Shown: piece by piece, positions 40,688 to 49,263 of the stretch
How the letters are laid out: every line of letters begins with the position of its first letter
Position numbering within the stretch: the first letter of the stretch is position 1
NCBI GenBank assembly: GCA_001303415.1
Contig: LJTN01000006.1
Location: 19,759-83,758 of the forward strand
Origin: Myxococcales bacterium SG8_38
Lineage (GTDB): Bacteria; Myxococcota_A; Polyangia; Polyangiales; Houyiibacteriaceae
Length of the DNA stretch: 64,000 nt
Direction of reading: 5' to 3'
The notes under the pieces: model-generated
Database searches by the model: none
Told to the model about the DNA's origin: nothing
Seen by the model: the letters and a program-made list of their open reading frames with translations, nothing else
Program-made: the position numbers and the translations under genes

Positions 40688-41880
40688 GAGCTCGCCTCCT
40701 GTTCTTCTTTGGCGACCGCGGCGACCGCGGCGAACGCATCGATCGCTTGCTCGATATGGTCTGGCCGATGCGTGGCCATCGGCGTGACCCTGAGCCTGGC
40801 TGTTCCCGCAGGTACGGTGGGCGGGCGAATGCCTTGCACGAACACACCTCGCTCGAGCAGCTGGGCCGAGAGCAGCATGGCTCGATCGTTGTGGCCGACG
40901 AGCACGGGCACGATCTGGCTTTCGCCCCAAGGCACCTCGAAGCCGAGCGCTCGAAGCTCGGTCCTCAATCGGCCGGCGTGGGCCAGCAACGAGCGCCTCC
41001 CCTCGTCCGCCTCCCGCACCACCGTCAGCGCAGCCAGCGCCGCGCGGGCGATCATGGGCGGGGGCGCCGTCGAGAACACGAAGCTCCGGGCCCGGCTTCG
41101 AACCAGCGAAACGAGCGCCTCGCTCCCCGCAACGAATGCGCCTGCCGTTCCAAATGACTTGCCGAGGGTGCCAATGAGCGCGTCGGGTTCGACGCCGTGT
41201 GCGGCGGCGAGACCGCGTCCGGAGGGGCCCATCACACCCAGGGCGTGTGCCTCATCCACGAGCAACCCGGCTTCGAAGGACTTGGCCAGCTCGGCAATGG
41301 GCGGCAAGGGGGCAGCGACGCCATCCATGGAGAAGAGCGAGTCGGTCACGATCAGGGCCCGTTTGGCTCGGCCCCGGTGACGCCGCAGCAGCGACTCGAG
41401 GTGTCCGGGGTCTCGGTGCGCATAGACGTGAACCTCGGCCCGCGAGAGCCGGCAGCCGTCGATGAGGCTCGCGTGGTTCAAGGCATCGCTGAAGACTGCG
41501 TCGCCCGGGCCGACCAGCGCTTGGATGGTCCCGACGTTCGCGTCGTATCCGCTCGAGAATAGAATCGCGGCAGGCGCCCCGACGAAGTGAGCAAACGCGC
41601 TTTCCGCTTCTTCGTGCGCATCCATCGTGCCCGTGACGAGACGGGAGGCGGCCGATCCGATTCCTTCGGTGAGCACTGCGGCACGGGCTGCTGCGGCAAG
41701 GACCGGATGAGCTGCCAGGCCGAGGTAGTTGTTCGAGCATAGGCAGAGCACGGAGCGTCCGTCGATCAAGATCTCAGGACCCTGGGGCCCGGAAATGCGC
41801 ACCGGGCTGCGGCGCAGACCCGCGGCCTCCAATTCGTCGAGGGCCTCTCGAATCCGGCGTTGAAACCCCATGGAACGCAT
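40684..41880 (-). CDS. bioF: 8-amino-7-oxononanoate synthase
   Basis: Alpha-oxoamine synthase family with PLP-Lys block 'GTLGKSFG'. Operonic with bioD. Confidence 0.88.
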   Translation of the reverse strand: MRSMGFQRRIREALDELEAAGLRRSPVRISGPQGPEILIDGRSVLCLCSNNYLGLAAHPVLAAAARAAVLTEGIGSAASRLVTGTMDAHEEAESAFAHFVGAPAAILFSSGYDANVGTIQALVGPGDAVFSDALNHASLIDGCRLSRAEVHVYAHRDPGHLESLLRRHRGRAKRALIVTDSLFSMDGVAAPLPPIAELAKSFEAGLLVDEAHALGVMGPSGRGLAAAHGVEPDALIGTLGKSFGTAGAFVAGSEALVSLVRSRARSFVFSTAPPPMIARAALAALTVVREADEGRRSLLAHAGRLRTELRALGFEVPWGESQIVPVLVGHNDRAMLLSAQLLERGVFVQGIRPPTVPAGTARLRVTPMATHRPDHIEQAIDAFAAVAAVAKEEQEASS

Positions 41881-41916
41881 CTAAGCCTAGCGCGCGGAGG
41901 GGTCAACAGGAGCCGG

Positions 41917-41966
41917 GTGTTCCACGTGAAACACAGATCGGGAGCGATGCTGTTTCACGTGAAACG
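41917..41966. promoter_or_regulatory. Two CACGTG-centred palindromes upstream of bioFD (candidate operator pair)
   Basis: GTGTTCCACGTGAAACAC (41917-34) and TGTTTCACGTGAAACG (41951-66). Centres are 33 bp apart, 37-86 nt upstream of the bioF ATG. Confidence 0.5.
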
Positions 41967-41973
41967 GCCGAGC

Positions 41974-42936
41974 TCAGAGCTTCAGGCTTTCCCGAGGATC
42001 TCGATCGAACGCTTCCTCGACGGTCTTGAGGGCTTCTTCGACCGCCTCGGATCGACTCTTCGGCAGGACCACCTCGAGGTGCGCGATCAGATCTCCTCTC
42101 TGGCCGCCCTTCGCTGCGACGCCCTTCCCCCGGAGACGAAGCTTCGCGCCGCTCTCGGAGCCGGCAGGCACCGTCAGCTGGACGCTGCCCTCAGGCGTCG
42201 GCACGCTCACCTTGGCACCCGCATAGGCCTCAAGCGGAGTGACCGGCACCTTCACGTGGAGCTGCTTGCCCTTCATTGAGAAGTAGGGGTGCTTCCGCAC
42301 GCGGACCGTGAGCACCAGATCCCCCGGAGGCCCCCCGTGGATCCCCTCTCCGCCTTGCCCCCGCAGCCGGATCTTGCCCTCGTTGTGGACCCCGGCGGGA
42401 ATGCGTACCTTCAGCGTTCGCTCGCCCTCGGCCGACCGCAGGTTGAGCTCCTTGGTGCAGCCGAGCACGGCATCCCTGAAGTCCACCGTGATCTCGGACT
42501 CGAGGTCAGCACCCCGCCGTGGAGCGCGCGCGTAGGCGCTCGGACCGGGCCCGCCCACTCCGAACAGATCCTCCAGATTGAACTCGAACTGCGTCGCGCT
42601 CCCGCGTCGGCGTCCTCTGGCAGCCGCGCCAAAGAGATCGCCAAAATCGAATCCACCCGCCCCGCCGAAACCCTGCGTTGCCGTCCGATACGCCTCGGGA
42701 TCGAATCCTTCGCGCAAACCCATCTCGCCAAACTCGTCGTAGAGCTTGCGCTTCTCTGGAGCAGACAATACCTCGTAGGCGGTCGATACGTCCTTGAACC
42801 GCTCTTCAGCTCTCTTGTCGTCCGGGTTTCGATCCGGATGCAGCTCCCTCGCAAGACGGCGGTATGCCTTCTTGATTTCCTCCGGGCTTGCATCCCGCGA
42901 CACCCCCAGCGTTTTGTAGAAGTCGCGGTCAGCCAT
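41974..42936 (-). CDS. cbpA: J-domain co-chaperone without zinc finger (CbpA/type II DnaJ-like)
   Basis: 'DFYKTLGV...HPDRNPDD' J domain, G/F-rich linker, two DnaJ C-terminal beta domains, and no CxxCxGxG repeats. Confidence 0.8.
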   Translation of the reverse strand: MADRDFYKTLGVSRDASPEEIKKAYRRLARELHPDRNPDDKRAEERFKDVSTAYEVLSAPEKRKLYDEFGEMGLREGFDPEAYRTATQGFGGAGGFDFGDLFGAAARGRRRGSATQFEFNLEDLFGVGGPGPSAYARAPRRGADLESEITVDFRDAVLGCTKELNLRSAEGERTLKVRIPAGVHNEGKIRLRGQGGEGIHGGPPGDLVLTVRVRKHPYFSMKGKQLHVKVPVTPLEAYAGAKVSVPTPEGSVQLTVPAGSESGAKLRLRGKGVAAKGGQRGDLIAHLEVVLPKSRSEAVEEALKTVEEAFDRDPRESLKL

Positions 42937-43128
42937 GGCGCTGCAAGATAACCATCAGGGGCCGTGTTTCAATGCAAATTTGTTTGGGCCGCATGGCCAG
43001 TTTCGGCCTCTTCTACTCACACTAATGCCACAAATGGCAGCTCGAAGCTTCGTAACAGACAAACCTGCGTACAATACGCGAATTCACCCGTTCTTGCTGC
43101 GCTCCAAGGCGCATGATACTCGCTCGCC

Positions 43129-43905
43129 ATGGCTTTGGTCGATGTCAGTCGGCTTCCGCAGCATGTCGCGATCATCATGGACGGCAACGGTCGCTGGGCC
43201 CAATCCAGAGGCAAGCCGCGCACGGCTGGACACGAGCGAGGGGCCGACGCGGTGCGCGCCATCATGCGCGCCGCCCGACGGCTCGGAATCCCCACGCTCA
43301 CGCTCTACGCCTTCAGCGAGCAGAACTGGGATCGTCCACGAGCCGAAATCAACGCGCTGGTCGATCTCTTGTGCGACTGTCTCGTGTCCGAGCGCGACGA
43401 GCTGATCGACAACGAGATTCGATTGAATGCGATCGGTCGTCTGCACAAGTTGCCGACGCGCGCGCAGTCCAAGCTTCACGCGCTCATGGATGCGACAGCA
43501 TCCTTCGGCGGAATGACGATGACCTTGGCGCTCTCCTATGGGGGTCGCGAGGAGCTCGTCGATGCGGCGCGCGTTCTTGCACGACGCGTGCGTGAGGGTT
43601 CGTTGGAACCGGACGAGATCGATCAAGCCGCGCTCGAAGCATCATTGCCGTCGATGGATTGCGGTCCTGTCGACTTGTTGATCCGCACCGGCGGAGAGCA
43701 GCGAATCAGCAACTTCTTGCTCTGGGGATCGGCGTACGCGGAGTTCTATTTCACCGACGAGCTCTGGCCAGATTTCTCTGCAAATTCGCTATATTGCGCG
43801 ATTCGCGCCTACCAAGAGCGAGAGCGTCGTTTTGGGCTCGTTCCCGGCGCGCAGCATGCCGCCGCGACGAATGAATCACGCGACGAGTTGGAGCGTGCGA
43901 TATGA
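43129..43905 (+). CDS. uppS: Undecaprenyl-diphosphate synthase (cis-isoprenyl transferase)
   Basis: 'HVAIIMDGNGRWA', 'LTLYAFSEQNW' and 'RTGGEQRISNFLLW'. Confidence 0.93.
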   Translation: MALVDVSRLPQHVAIIMDGNGRWAQSRGKPRTAGHERGADAVRAIMRAARRLGIPTLTLYAFSEQNWDRPRAEINALVDLLCDCLVSERDELIDNEIRLNAIGRLHKLPTRAQSKLHALMDATASFGGMTMTLALSYGGREELVDAARVLARRVREGSLEPDEIDQAALEASLPSMDCGPVDLLIRTGGEQRISNFLLWGSAYAEFYFTDELWPDFSANSLYCAIRAYQERERRFGLVPGAQHAAATNESRDELERAI

Positions 43906-44747
43906 ACGATGCATCCGATCCACTCGTCGCGAAGAAGCGATTGACGGGAACTGCGCTTCGCGTCGCGACGGTCGTTCCTCTGATTCCGATCATCGTCTGG
44001 ATGATGTTTGCGGGACCTCATTGGCTTTGGCGAGTGTTCATCTTGAGCGCGATCGCGATCGGCGGCTACGAGCTCATGGCGATGAAGGTTCCATCGTCGC
44101 GCACGATGCGAGCGTGGGGCTCTGCGAGCTCCGTTCTGTTTGCATGTTCGATCCTGTTGATCCCGAGCGTGTCAGCAATGTACGGCGTCGTGCTCATCAT
44201 CGTCTTGGGCGCGATGGTATGGAGCCTTCTTCAGGAAGATCCACTTCGGGATGCGAGCGTTCGCGTCGGCTGGTTGTTGGGCACGCCGGTCTATGTCGGT
44301 GGCACGCTCTCGGCCGTTTCTCTCGTGCGTGACTTCGACCCGACGGGAGCTTGGGTTTTGCTGGCGATGACTCTTGCTTGGGGCAGCGACACGGCCGCCT
44401 ACTTCTTCGGCCGCAAGTTCGGAACGACTAAGCTATCTCCACGCATCTCGCCAAAGAAGACGTTGGAAGGCTCGGGCGCGGGTCTCGCTGCGTCGGTGAT
44501 CGGCGCGATGATCATGAGCTTTTTCCTTCCCGGCCTAGGTGTGGTCGACGGAATTGCGCTCGGCATTTTGGCAGGGGCCGCGGGTCAGGCCGGGGACTTG
44601 TTCGTGTCGGTGCTCAAGCGGAGCAGCGGCGTCAAGGACAGTGGCGGAATACTGCCAGGCCACGGCGGCATTCTGGATCGGGTCGATGCGCTGGCGTTTA
44701 CCGCGCCGGCAACCTGGGCCTACGGGCACTTCATCGCAGGGCTCTGA
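43902..44747 (+). CDS. cdsA: Phosphatidate cytidylyltransferase
   Basis: ATGA overlap with uppS. Polytopic membrane protein with signature 'SVLKRSSGVKDSGGILPGHGGILDRVD'. Confidence 0.9.
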   Translation: MNDASDPLVAKKRLTGTALRVATVVPLIPIIVWMMFAGPHWLWRVFILSAIAIGGYELMAMKVPSSRTMRAWGSASSVLFACSILLIPSVSAMYGVVLIIVLGAMVWSLLQEDPLRDASVRVGWLLGTPVYVGGTLSAVSLVRDFDPTGAWVLLAMTLAWGSDTAAYFFGRKFGTTKLSPRISPKKTLEGSGAGLAASVIGAMIMSFFLPGLGVVDGIALGILAGAAGQAGDLFVSVLKRSSGVKDSGGILPGHGGILDRVDALAFTAPATWAYGHFIAGL

Positions 44748-44795
44748 TTTCCCCGAAATGCCTCACCAGTCCACTCGTCCTCGAATCGAAAAAGA

Positions 44796-45566
44796 CTAGT
44801 GTGGCTCATGCGGATGGTCCCCTGCGTGCTCGTGGGGATGGTCGTGAGCGTGATGATGATCGTGGTGCCCCCGATGCCCGGTCCTCGGAGGACGCCGCTC
44901 TTCCAGCCATTTCAACCACGCGTCGATGCCTTCGCCGGTACGCGCGGAGACCTTGAGCATTCGAGCCTCTGGCATGACCCGCGACAACGCGTCCTCCACC
45001 GCAGCCACGTCGAAGTCGAGATGCGGAATCAGGTCGACCTTGGTGAGCAACACGAGATCGGCCTTCTGGAACATCACTGGATACTTGAGAGGCTTGTCTT
45101 CGCCTTCCGTGACGGACAGCGCAACGACGTTGGCCGCTTGACCCAGATCGTAGATCGCGGGGCAAACCAGGTTGCCGACGTTCTCGATGAAGAAGATGTC
45201 GCTCTCGTTCGAGGGGAAATGGTGAAGCGCATGATGTACGAGACGCGCGTCGAGGTGACATGCCGAGCCCGTGGTGATGGTCGACGAAACGATCCCCGAC
45301 GCATTCAAGCGGTCGGCGTCGCGCTCCGTGGCGAGATCCCCGCTCACGGCCCCCAACTTCAGCCGGCCTGCGGCCGCCTTGGCCGTCGCCTCCAAGACCG
45401 CTGTCTTCCCGGCACCGGGCGAGCCCATGAGGTTTATGGCCAACACACCTAAGTGCTCGAAATGACTTCGATTATGAGCGGCTTGTGCGTCGTTGTCCGA
45501 AAGGATTCGTGCTTGTACCTCGATCGGCACGATCTCCGGGTCGCCGCATCCGCAGGTTTCACACAT
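44796..45566 (-). CDS. hypB: Hydrogenase nickel-incorporation GTPase HypB with C-terminal His-rich tail
   Basis: 'MCETCGC' N-terminal metal site, G1 'GSPGAGKT', 'ENVGNLVCP' and a C-terminal 'HRGHHDHHHAHDHPHEHAGDHPHEPH'. Confidence 0.92.
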   Translation of the reverse strand: MCETCGCGDPEIVPIEVQARILSDNDAQAAHNRSHFEHLGVLAINLMGSPGAGKTAVLEATAKAAAGRLKLGAVSGDLATERDADRLNASGIVSSTITTGSACHLDARLVHHALHHFPSNESDIFFIENVGNLVCPAIYDLGQAANVVALSVTEGEDKPLKYPVMFQKADLVLLTKVDLIPHLDFDVAAVEDALSRVMPEARMLKVSARTGEGIDAWLKWLEERRPPRTGHRGHHDHHHAHDHPHEHAGDHPHEPH

Positions 45567-45906
45567 CGGGGGCCTCCATTTCAATCCGTTCCAAGATGAT
45601 CTCGTCTCCGCGAACCATGCAAGCCGGTTGCCCGCATGCATCGCATCGCAAGATCGCTCCCTTTGCGAAGCTGCGGTTGCACACAGGGCAAGCCCATGCC
45701 GCGGACACGGTGTCGATTGCGAGCTCTGCGCCATCACAGATCGTCTTCTCGCGAAACGTGTCGAACGCAGTCTTCAACAGATCGAGCTCGACGCCGGCGA
45801 GCTCTCCGATCTTCACGTGAAGACGATGCACGCGCGTACCGCCGTGCGCGACCGCTTCCTGCTGCACGCGGTCGATCAAAGACGCAACGATGGAGTACTC
45901 GTGCAT
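45559..45906 (-). CDS. hypA: Hydrogenase nickel metallochaperone HypA
   Basis: 'MHEYSI' N-terminus and two CxxC pairs ('CPVC', 'CDAC'). Length 115 aa. Confidence 0.92.
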   Translation of the reverse strand: MHEYSIVASLIDRVQQEAVAHGGTRVHRLHVKIGELAGVELDLLKTAFDTFREKTICDGAELAIDTVSAAWACPVCNRSFAKGAILRCDACGQPACMVRGDEIILERIEMEAPDV

Positions 45907-45911
45907 GGGTG

Positions 45912-46754
45912 TTACTCGCTTTCGAATTCCGCCTTGCGCTTGTCGAAGAACGCGGCGAGCCCTTCTGCGAAGTTGGGGCCGTCGGCGATGCGCGCGAGCT
46001 CGGTGAGCTCTGCGTCGAGATGCACGTCGAGCCGGTCCATTCCGGCGGCCTGGTTCAAGAGGCTCTTGGCCACACCGACGGCCGCAGTCGGCGCCTCGGC
46101 GAGCGCCGCGGCGATCCTCGTTGCTTCCAAGTATATGGAATCATTGGAGAAGACACGATTGATCAAGCCCCATTCCAGGGCCTCTCGCGCGCTCAGACGC
46201 GGGTTGAGCAGCATGAGCTCGAGCGCCTTCCGAAGCCCGAGCAGACGCGGCAGAAAGAAGGTCGAGCTCTCGGCGCCGGTGAGCCCCGTCTTGAAGTAAG
46301 CCCACTCGAACCACGCGCGCTCCGACGCAACCACCAGGTCGCAGCTCATCGCAATGCCGAAGCCGCCCGCGGCTGCCGGACCGTCCACCGCGGCGATGAA
46401 TGGCTTGGGCGCACGCCGGATCTCGGAAATGGTGCTGTGGATGTACTCGAGGATCTGTTTGAAAATCTCTCCGTAGCCCTCGTCCGGTTTGCGTGTTTCC
46501 GGTTGCAGATATCCGAGATCGTCACGATCTCCCCCGTCCCGGATGTACTTCAAGTCCGCGCCACTACAGAAGACGCCGTCCTCTCCGCGAATCACCACGG
46601 CGCGGACGTCGCGATCGCGTGCAAGCTGCAGGCCCGCGCGCCGAAAGTCCTGAGCCGTCTCCACGTCCAGCGAGTTGAGGCGCTCGCGCCGTGCGATGGT
46701 GAGGATGCCGACGGCTCCCTCACGCTCCACTCGAATGTGCCGCATCGCACCCAT
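45912..46754 (-). CDS. Enoyl-CoA hydratase/isomerase (crotonase) family protein embedded in the hyp cluster
   Basis: 'VVIRGEDGVFCSGADL', 'FIAAVDGPAAAGGFGIAMSCD' and 'GLINRV' crotonase blocks. Gaps of 3-5 nt to hypE and hypA. Confidence 0.85.
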   Translation of the reverse strand: MGAMRHIRVEREGAVGILTIARRERLNSLDVETAQDFRRAGLQLARDRDVRAVVIRGEDGVFCSGADLKYIRDGGDRDDLGYLQPETRKPDEGYGEIFKQILEYIHSTISEIRRAPKPFIAAVDGPAAAGGFGIAMSCDLVVASERAWFEWAYFKTGLTGAESSTFFLPRLLGLRKALELMLLNPRLSAREALEWGLINRVFSNDSIYLEATRIAAALAEAPTAAVGVAKSLLNQAAGMDRLDVHLDAELTELARIADGPNFAEGLAAFFDKRKAEFESE

Positions 46755-46757
46755 CGG

Positions 46758-47798
46758 TCAGCAAATCCTAGGCAAGAGCTCACCCTCGGCTTCCGCCAAG
46801 AGCCGACTTCCAAAGCCGGTATCCAGCACGACGAAGCCGGGTCGGTCCGTCACGCATTCGCCCACAATTGCGGCGTTTCGGCCGAGCGGATGAGATCGGA
46901 TGGCATCCAGCACGGAGGCGGCGGCGTCGGGCCGCACGCCGAACACGGCCTTTCCCTCGTTTGCCGAGACCAGCGGGTCGATTCCCAAGAGCTCGCCCAC
47001 TGCACGGACCTCGTCGCGCAGGGGGATCTCCGGCTCGTCGAGGATGATGCCCACGCCGCTCTTGTCGGCCATCTCGTGCAGTGCGCTCGACAAGCCGCCC
47101 CGGGTCGGATCCTTGAGCGCCACGACATCCTCGCCGCCCACCTCGAGCGCGCGATGCACCAAGGTGTGCAGCGGCGCAACGTCGGATTCGAGCTGCGTCT
47201 CGAGCGCCAGCTCGTTGCGAGTTGCCATGATCGCGAGCCCATGATCGCCCATCGTGCCCGTCACCAAGATCCTGTCGCCCGGTCGAAGCCCGGCATCGGA
47301 GACCACTCGTTTGGTGAGCGCAACGCCGGTGGTGTTCAACACCAATCCGTCGATCTCGCCATGACCCATCACTTTCGTATCCCCCGTAACCACTGTCGTT
47401 CCGGCCTCCTCACAGGTGGCGCGAATCGAGCTCCAGATCCGTTTCAAGTCGTCGCGCGCAAAGCCGTCCTCGATGATCGCCGCGCAGGTCAGCGCAAGCG
47501 GCTGCGTCGCTCCCATCATCGCGAGATCATTGATGGTTCCGCAAACGGCCAGCCTGCCGATGTCGCCGCCTGGGAACTCGATCGGTTGAACGACGTGCGA
47601 GTCCGTCGTGATGACCAAGTACTGGTCCCCAAGCCAGATCGCCGCGCCGTCGTCCATCGCCGAAAGCCCGATGCCCTCGCGCCCGATGTCTCCCAAGCCT
47701 TGCGCGAAGACTTGCTCGATCAGCGCGCGCATCGCGCCCCCGCCGGTACCGTACTTCAGCGTGATGCGATCCTCGACGAAGCGAACGTTGCGCGTCAT
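46758..47798 (-). CDS. hypE: Hydrogenase maturation protein HypE (carbamoyl dehydratase)
   Basis: 'ITLKYGTGGG', PurM-like fold and a C-terminal '...PRIC'. ATGA overlap with the hypD stop. Confidence 0.93.
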   Translation of the reverse strand: MTRNVRFVEDRITLKYGTGGGAMRALIEQVFAQGLGDIGREGIGLSAMDDGAAIWLGDQYLVITTDSHVVQPIEFPGGDIGRLAVCGTINDLAMMGATQPLALTCAAIIEDGFARDDLKRIWSSIRATCEEAGTTVVTGDTKVMGHGEIDGLVLNTTGVALTKRVVSDAGLRPGDRILVTGTMGDHGLAIMATRNELALETQLESDVAPLHTLVHRALEVGGEDVVALKDPTRGGLSSALHEMADKSGVGIILDEPEIPLRDEVRAVGELLGIDPLVSANEGKAVFGVRPDAAASVLDAIRSHPLGRNAAIVGECVTDRPGFVVLDTGFGSRLLAEAEGELLPRIC

Positions 47799-48943
47799 GC
47801 CGCGCCTCGCTTCATCGAACGAAGGTCGGGCCGTCCACCGTACTGATGCCAGATCTTGCAGGTGCCTTCGGCGCTCACCATGCAAGCGCCAACCGGGCTC
47901 TCCGGGGTGCATTCCTTCCCGAAGAGCTGGCAGTCGGTAGGCGATGCGATGCCGGCCATGATGTCCCCGCATTGGCACTGCTGCACGAGCTTCGGCGGCG
48001 CGTAGCTCCAGATCGCGGACAGATCGATGTTGAAGCGCTTGCGCGTGTCGTAGCGCGCAAACTCGTCACGTAACCGAAGATTGCCGTTTGGGACGTGTGC
48101 AATGCCCCGCCAGCGGCCGCCAGTGGGCCGGAACACGCGCCAAAGAAGGTTCTGCGCCTGCACGTTGCCCTCGCGCGTCACGCATCGGGGAAACGCGTTT
48201 TCCACGCGCGGAACGCCACTATTGATCACTTCAAGCAGCTTGACCAAGCCGGCCAACACGTCGAGCGGCTCGAAGCCTGCGATCACCACGGACAGCTCGT
48301 GGCGCTCCACGAACTTCTCGAACACGGCGGACCCGGTAATCGTCGCCGCATGACCCGCTGCGAGGAAGCCCTCGATCTTCGTTTCAGGCATCTCCGCCAC
48401 GATCTCCATCACGGGGGGGATGTACTTGTGCGCCGAGAGGACCGAGAAGTTGTCCGGGGGATCGTCGACCAAGACCGCTGCGGTGGCCACGGCCGTCGTC
48501 TCGAAGCCGGACGCGAAGAAGACGAACTCTTCGTCGTATTGGCGCGCGAGCTCCGCGGCTTGCGTGACGCTGTACACCACGTCCACTTTGGCGCCTTCGG
48601 CCTTGGCGTCTGCAAGAGATTGAGAGGTGCCGGGCACGCGAAGCATGTCGCCGTACGAGGCGATGCGAACGCCCTGCTTTGCAAGAGCCACCGCTTCATC
48701 CACCTCCGGGACGTCAGTCACGCAGACGGGGCACCCCGGGCCCATGATCACCTTTAATTCATCGGGGAAAGCCGCTCTGAGCCCGAACTTCGCAATCGCC
48801 TGCTCGTGGCTTCCGCAGACGTGCATGACAGACACCGGGGCATGATCCGCCCGTTGCACCAGGCGATGCAGCGCATCGCGCAGACCCCGCGCGCGCTCGG
48901 GATCTCGAAACTTCAGCTGCTCGAATGCGTCAGCGCTTTTCAT
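47795..48943 (-). CDS. hypD: Hydrogenase maturation Fe-S protein HypD
   Basis: 'CGSHEQAI' and 'GPGCPVCV' motifs, plus a C-terminal Cys cluster. The start is uncertain (48943, 48973 or 49003). Confidence 0.92.
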   Translation of the reverse strand: MKSADAFEQLKFRDPERARGLRDALHRLVQRADHAPVSVMHVCGSHEQAIAKFGLRAAFPDELKVIMGPGCPVCVTDVPEVDEAVALAKQGVRIASYGDMLRVPGTSQSLADAKAEGAKVDVVYSVTQAAELARQYDEEFVFFASGFETTAVATAAVLVDDPPDNFSVLSAHKYIPPVMEIVAEMPETKIEGFLAAGHAATITGSAVFEKFVERHELSVVIAGFEPLDVLAGLVKLLEVINSGVPRVENAFPRCVTREGNVQAQNLLWRVFRPTGGRWRGIAHVPNGNLRLRDEFARYDTRKRFNIDLSAIWSYAPPKLVQQCQCGDIMAGIASPTDCQLFGKECTPESPVGACMVSAEGTCKIWHQYGGRPDLRSMKRGAA

Positions 48944-49253
48944 CGAGCGCGTCCTTCCGCGACCGTGTCGCATCTGGCGCCGCTTGAATCTCGTCACGGA
49001 CATCGCCGGCCATCAAGTCCTGCTCGTCGGCGAGACGGAGCAGCTCGTCATACAAAGCCAAGGTCTCGGCTGCTTCCTCAGGTGGGATTCGGCGAATCGC
49101 AAACCCAACGTGGTTCAGGATGTAGTCGCCTGGATCGACCGGCGCGTCACAGACCTCGAGGCGAACTTGTTTCCTGACGCCCCAAAAATCGACGGTCGCA
49201 ATCTGCATCTCGCGGTCCACTGCGATGACCTTGCCTGGCACACCTAAACACAT
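48930..49253 (-). CDS. hypC: Hydrogenase maturation chaperone HypC/HupF family
   Basis: 'MCLGVPGKV' N-terminus with the essential Cys2. 107 aa with an acidic C-terminal extension. Confidence 0.9.
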   Translation of the reverse strand: MCLGVPGKVIAVDREMQIATVDFWGVRKQVRLEVCDAPVDPGDYILNHVGFAIRRIPPEEAAETLALYDELLRLADEQDLMAGDVRDEIQAAPDATRSRKDALDEKR

Positions 49254-49263
49254 GAGAACGCTC

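Noticed and set aside
44796-44880. Repetitive CAC/CAT/GAC-rich DNA that could be mistaken for a tandem repeat or spacer-repeat array
   Set aside because: It is the coding sequence of the HypB His/Asp-rich tail. No CRISPR-like repeat-spacer periodicity occurs anywhere in the window.
45636-47846. 736-aa ORF on the plus strand across the hyp region
   Set aside because: It runs antisense to hypE and the crotonase gene, both of which have strong family motifs. Its translation is Arg/Ala/Gly-rich low-complexity sequence typical of out-of-frame or antisense reading in GC-rich DNA.
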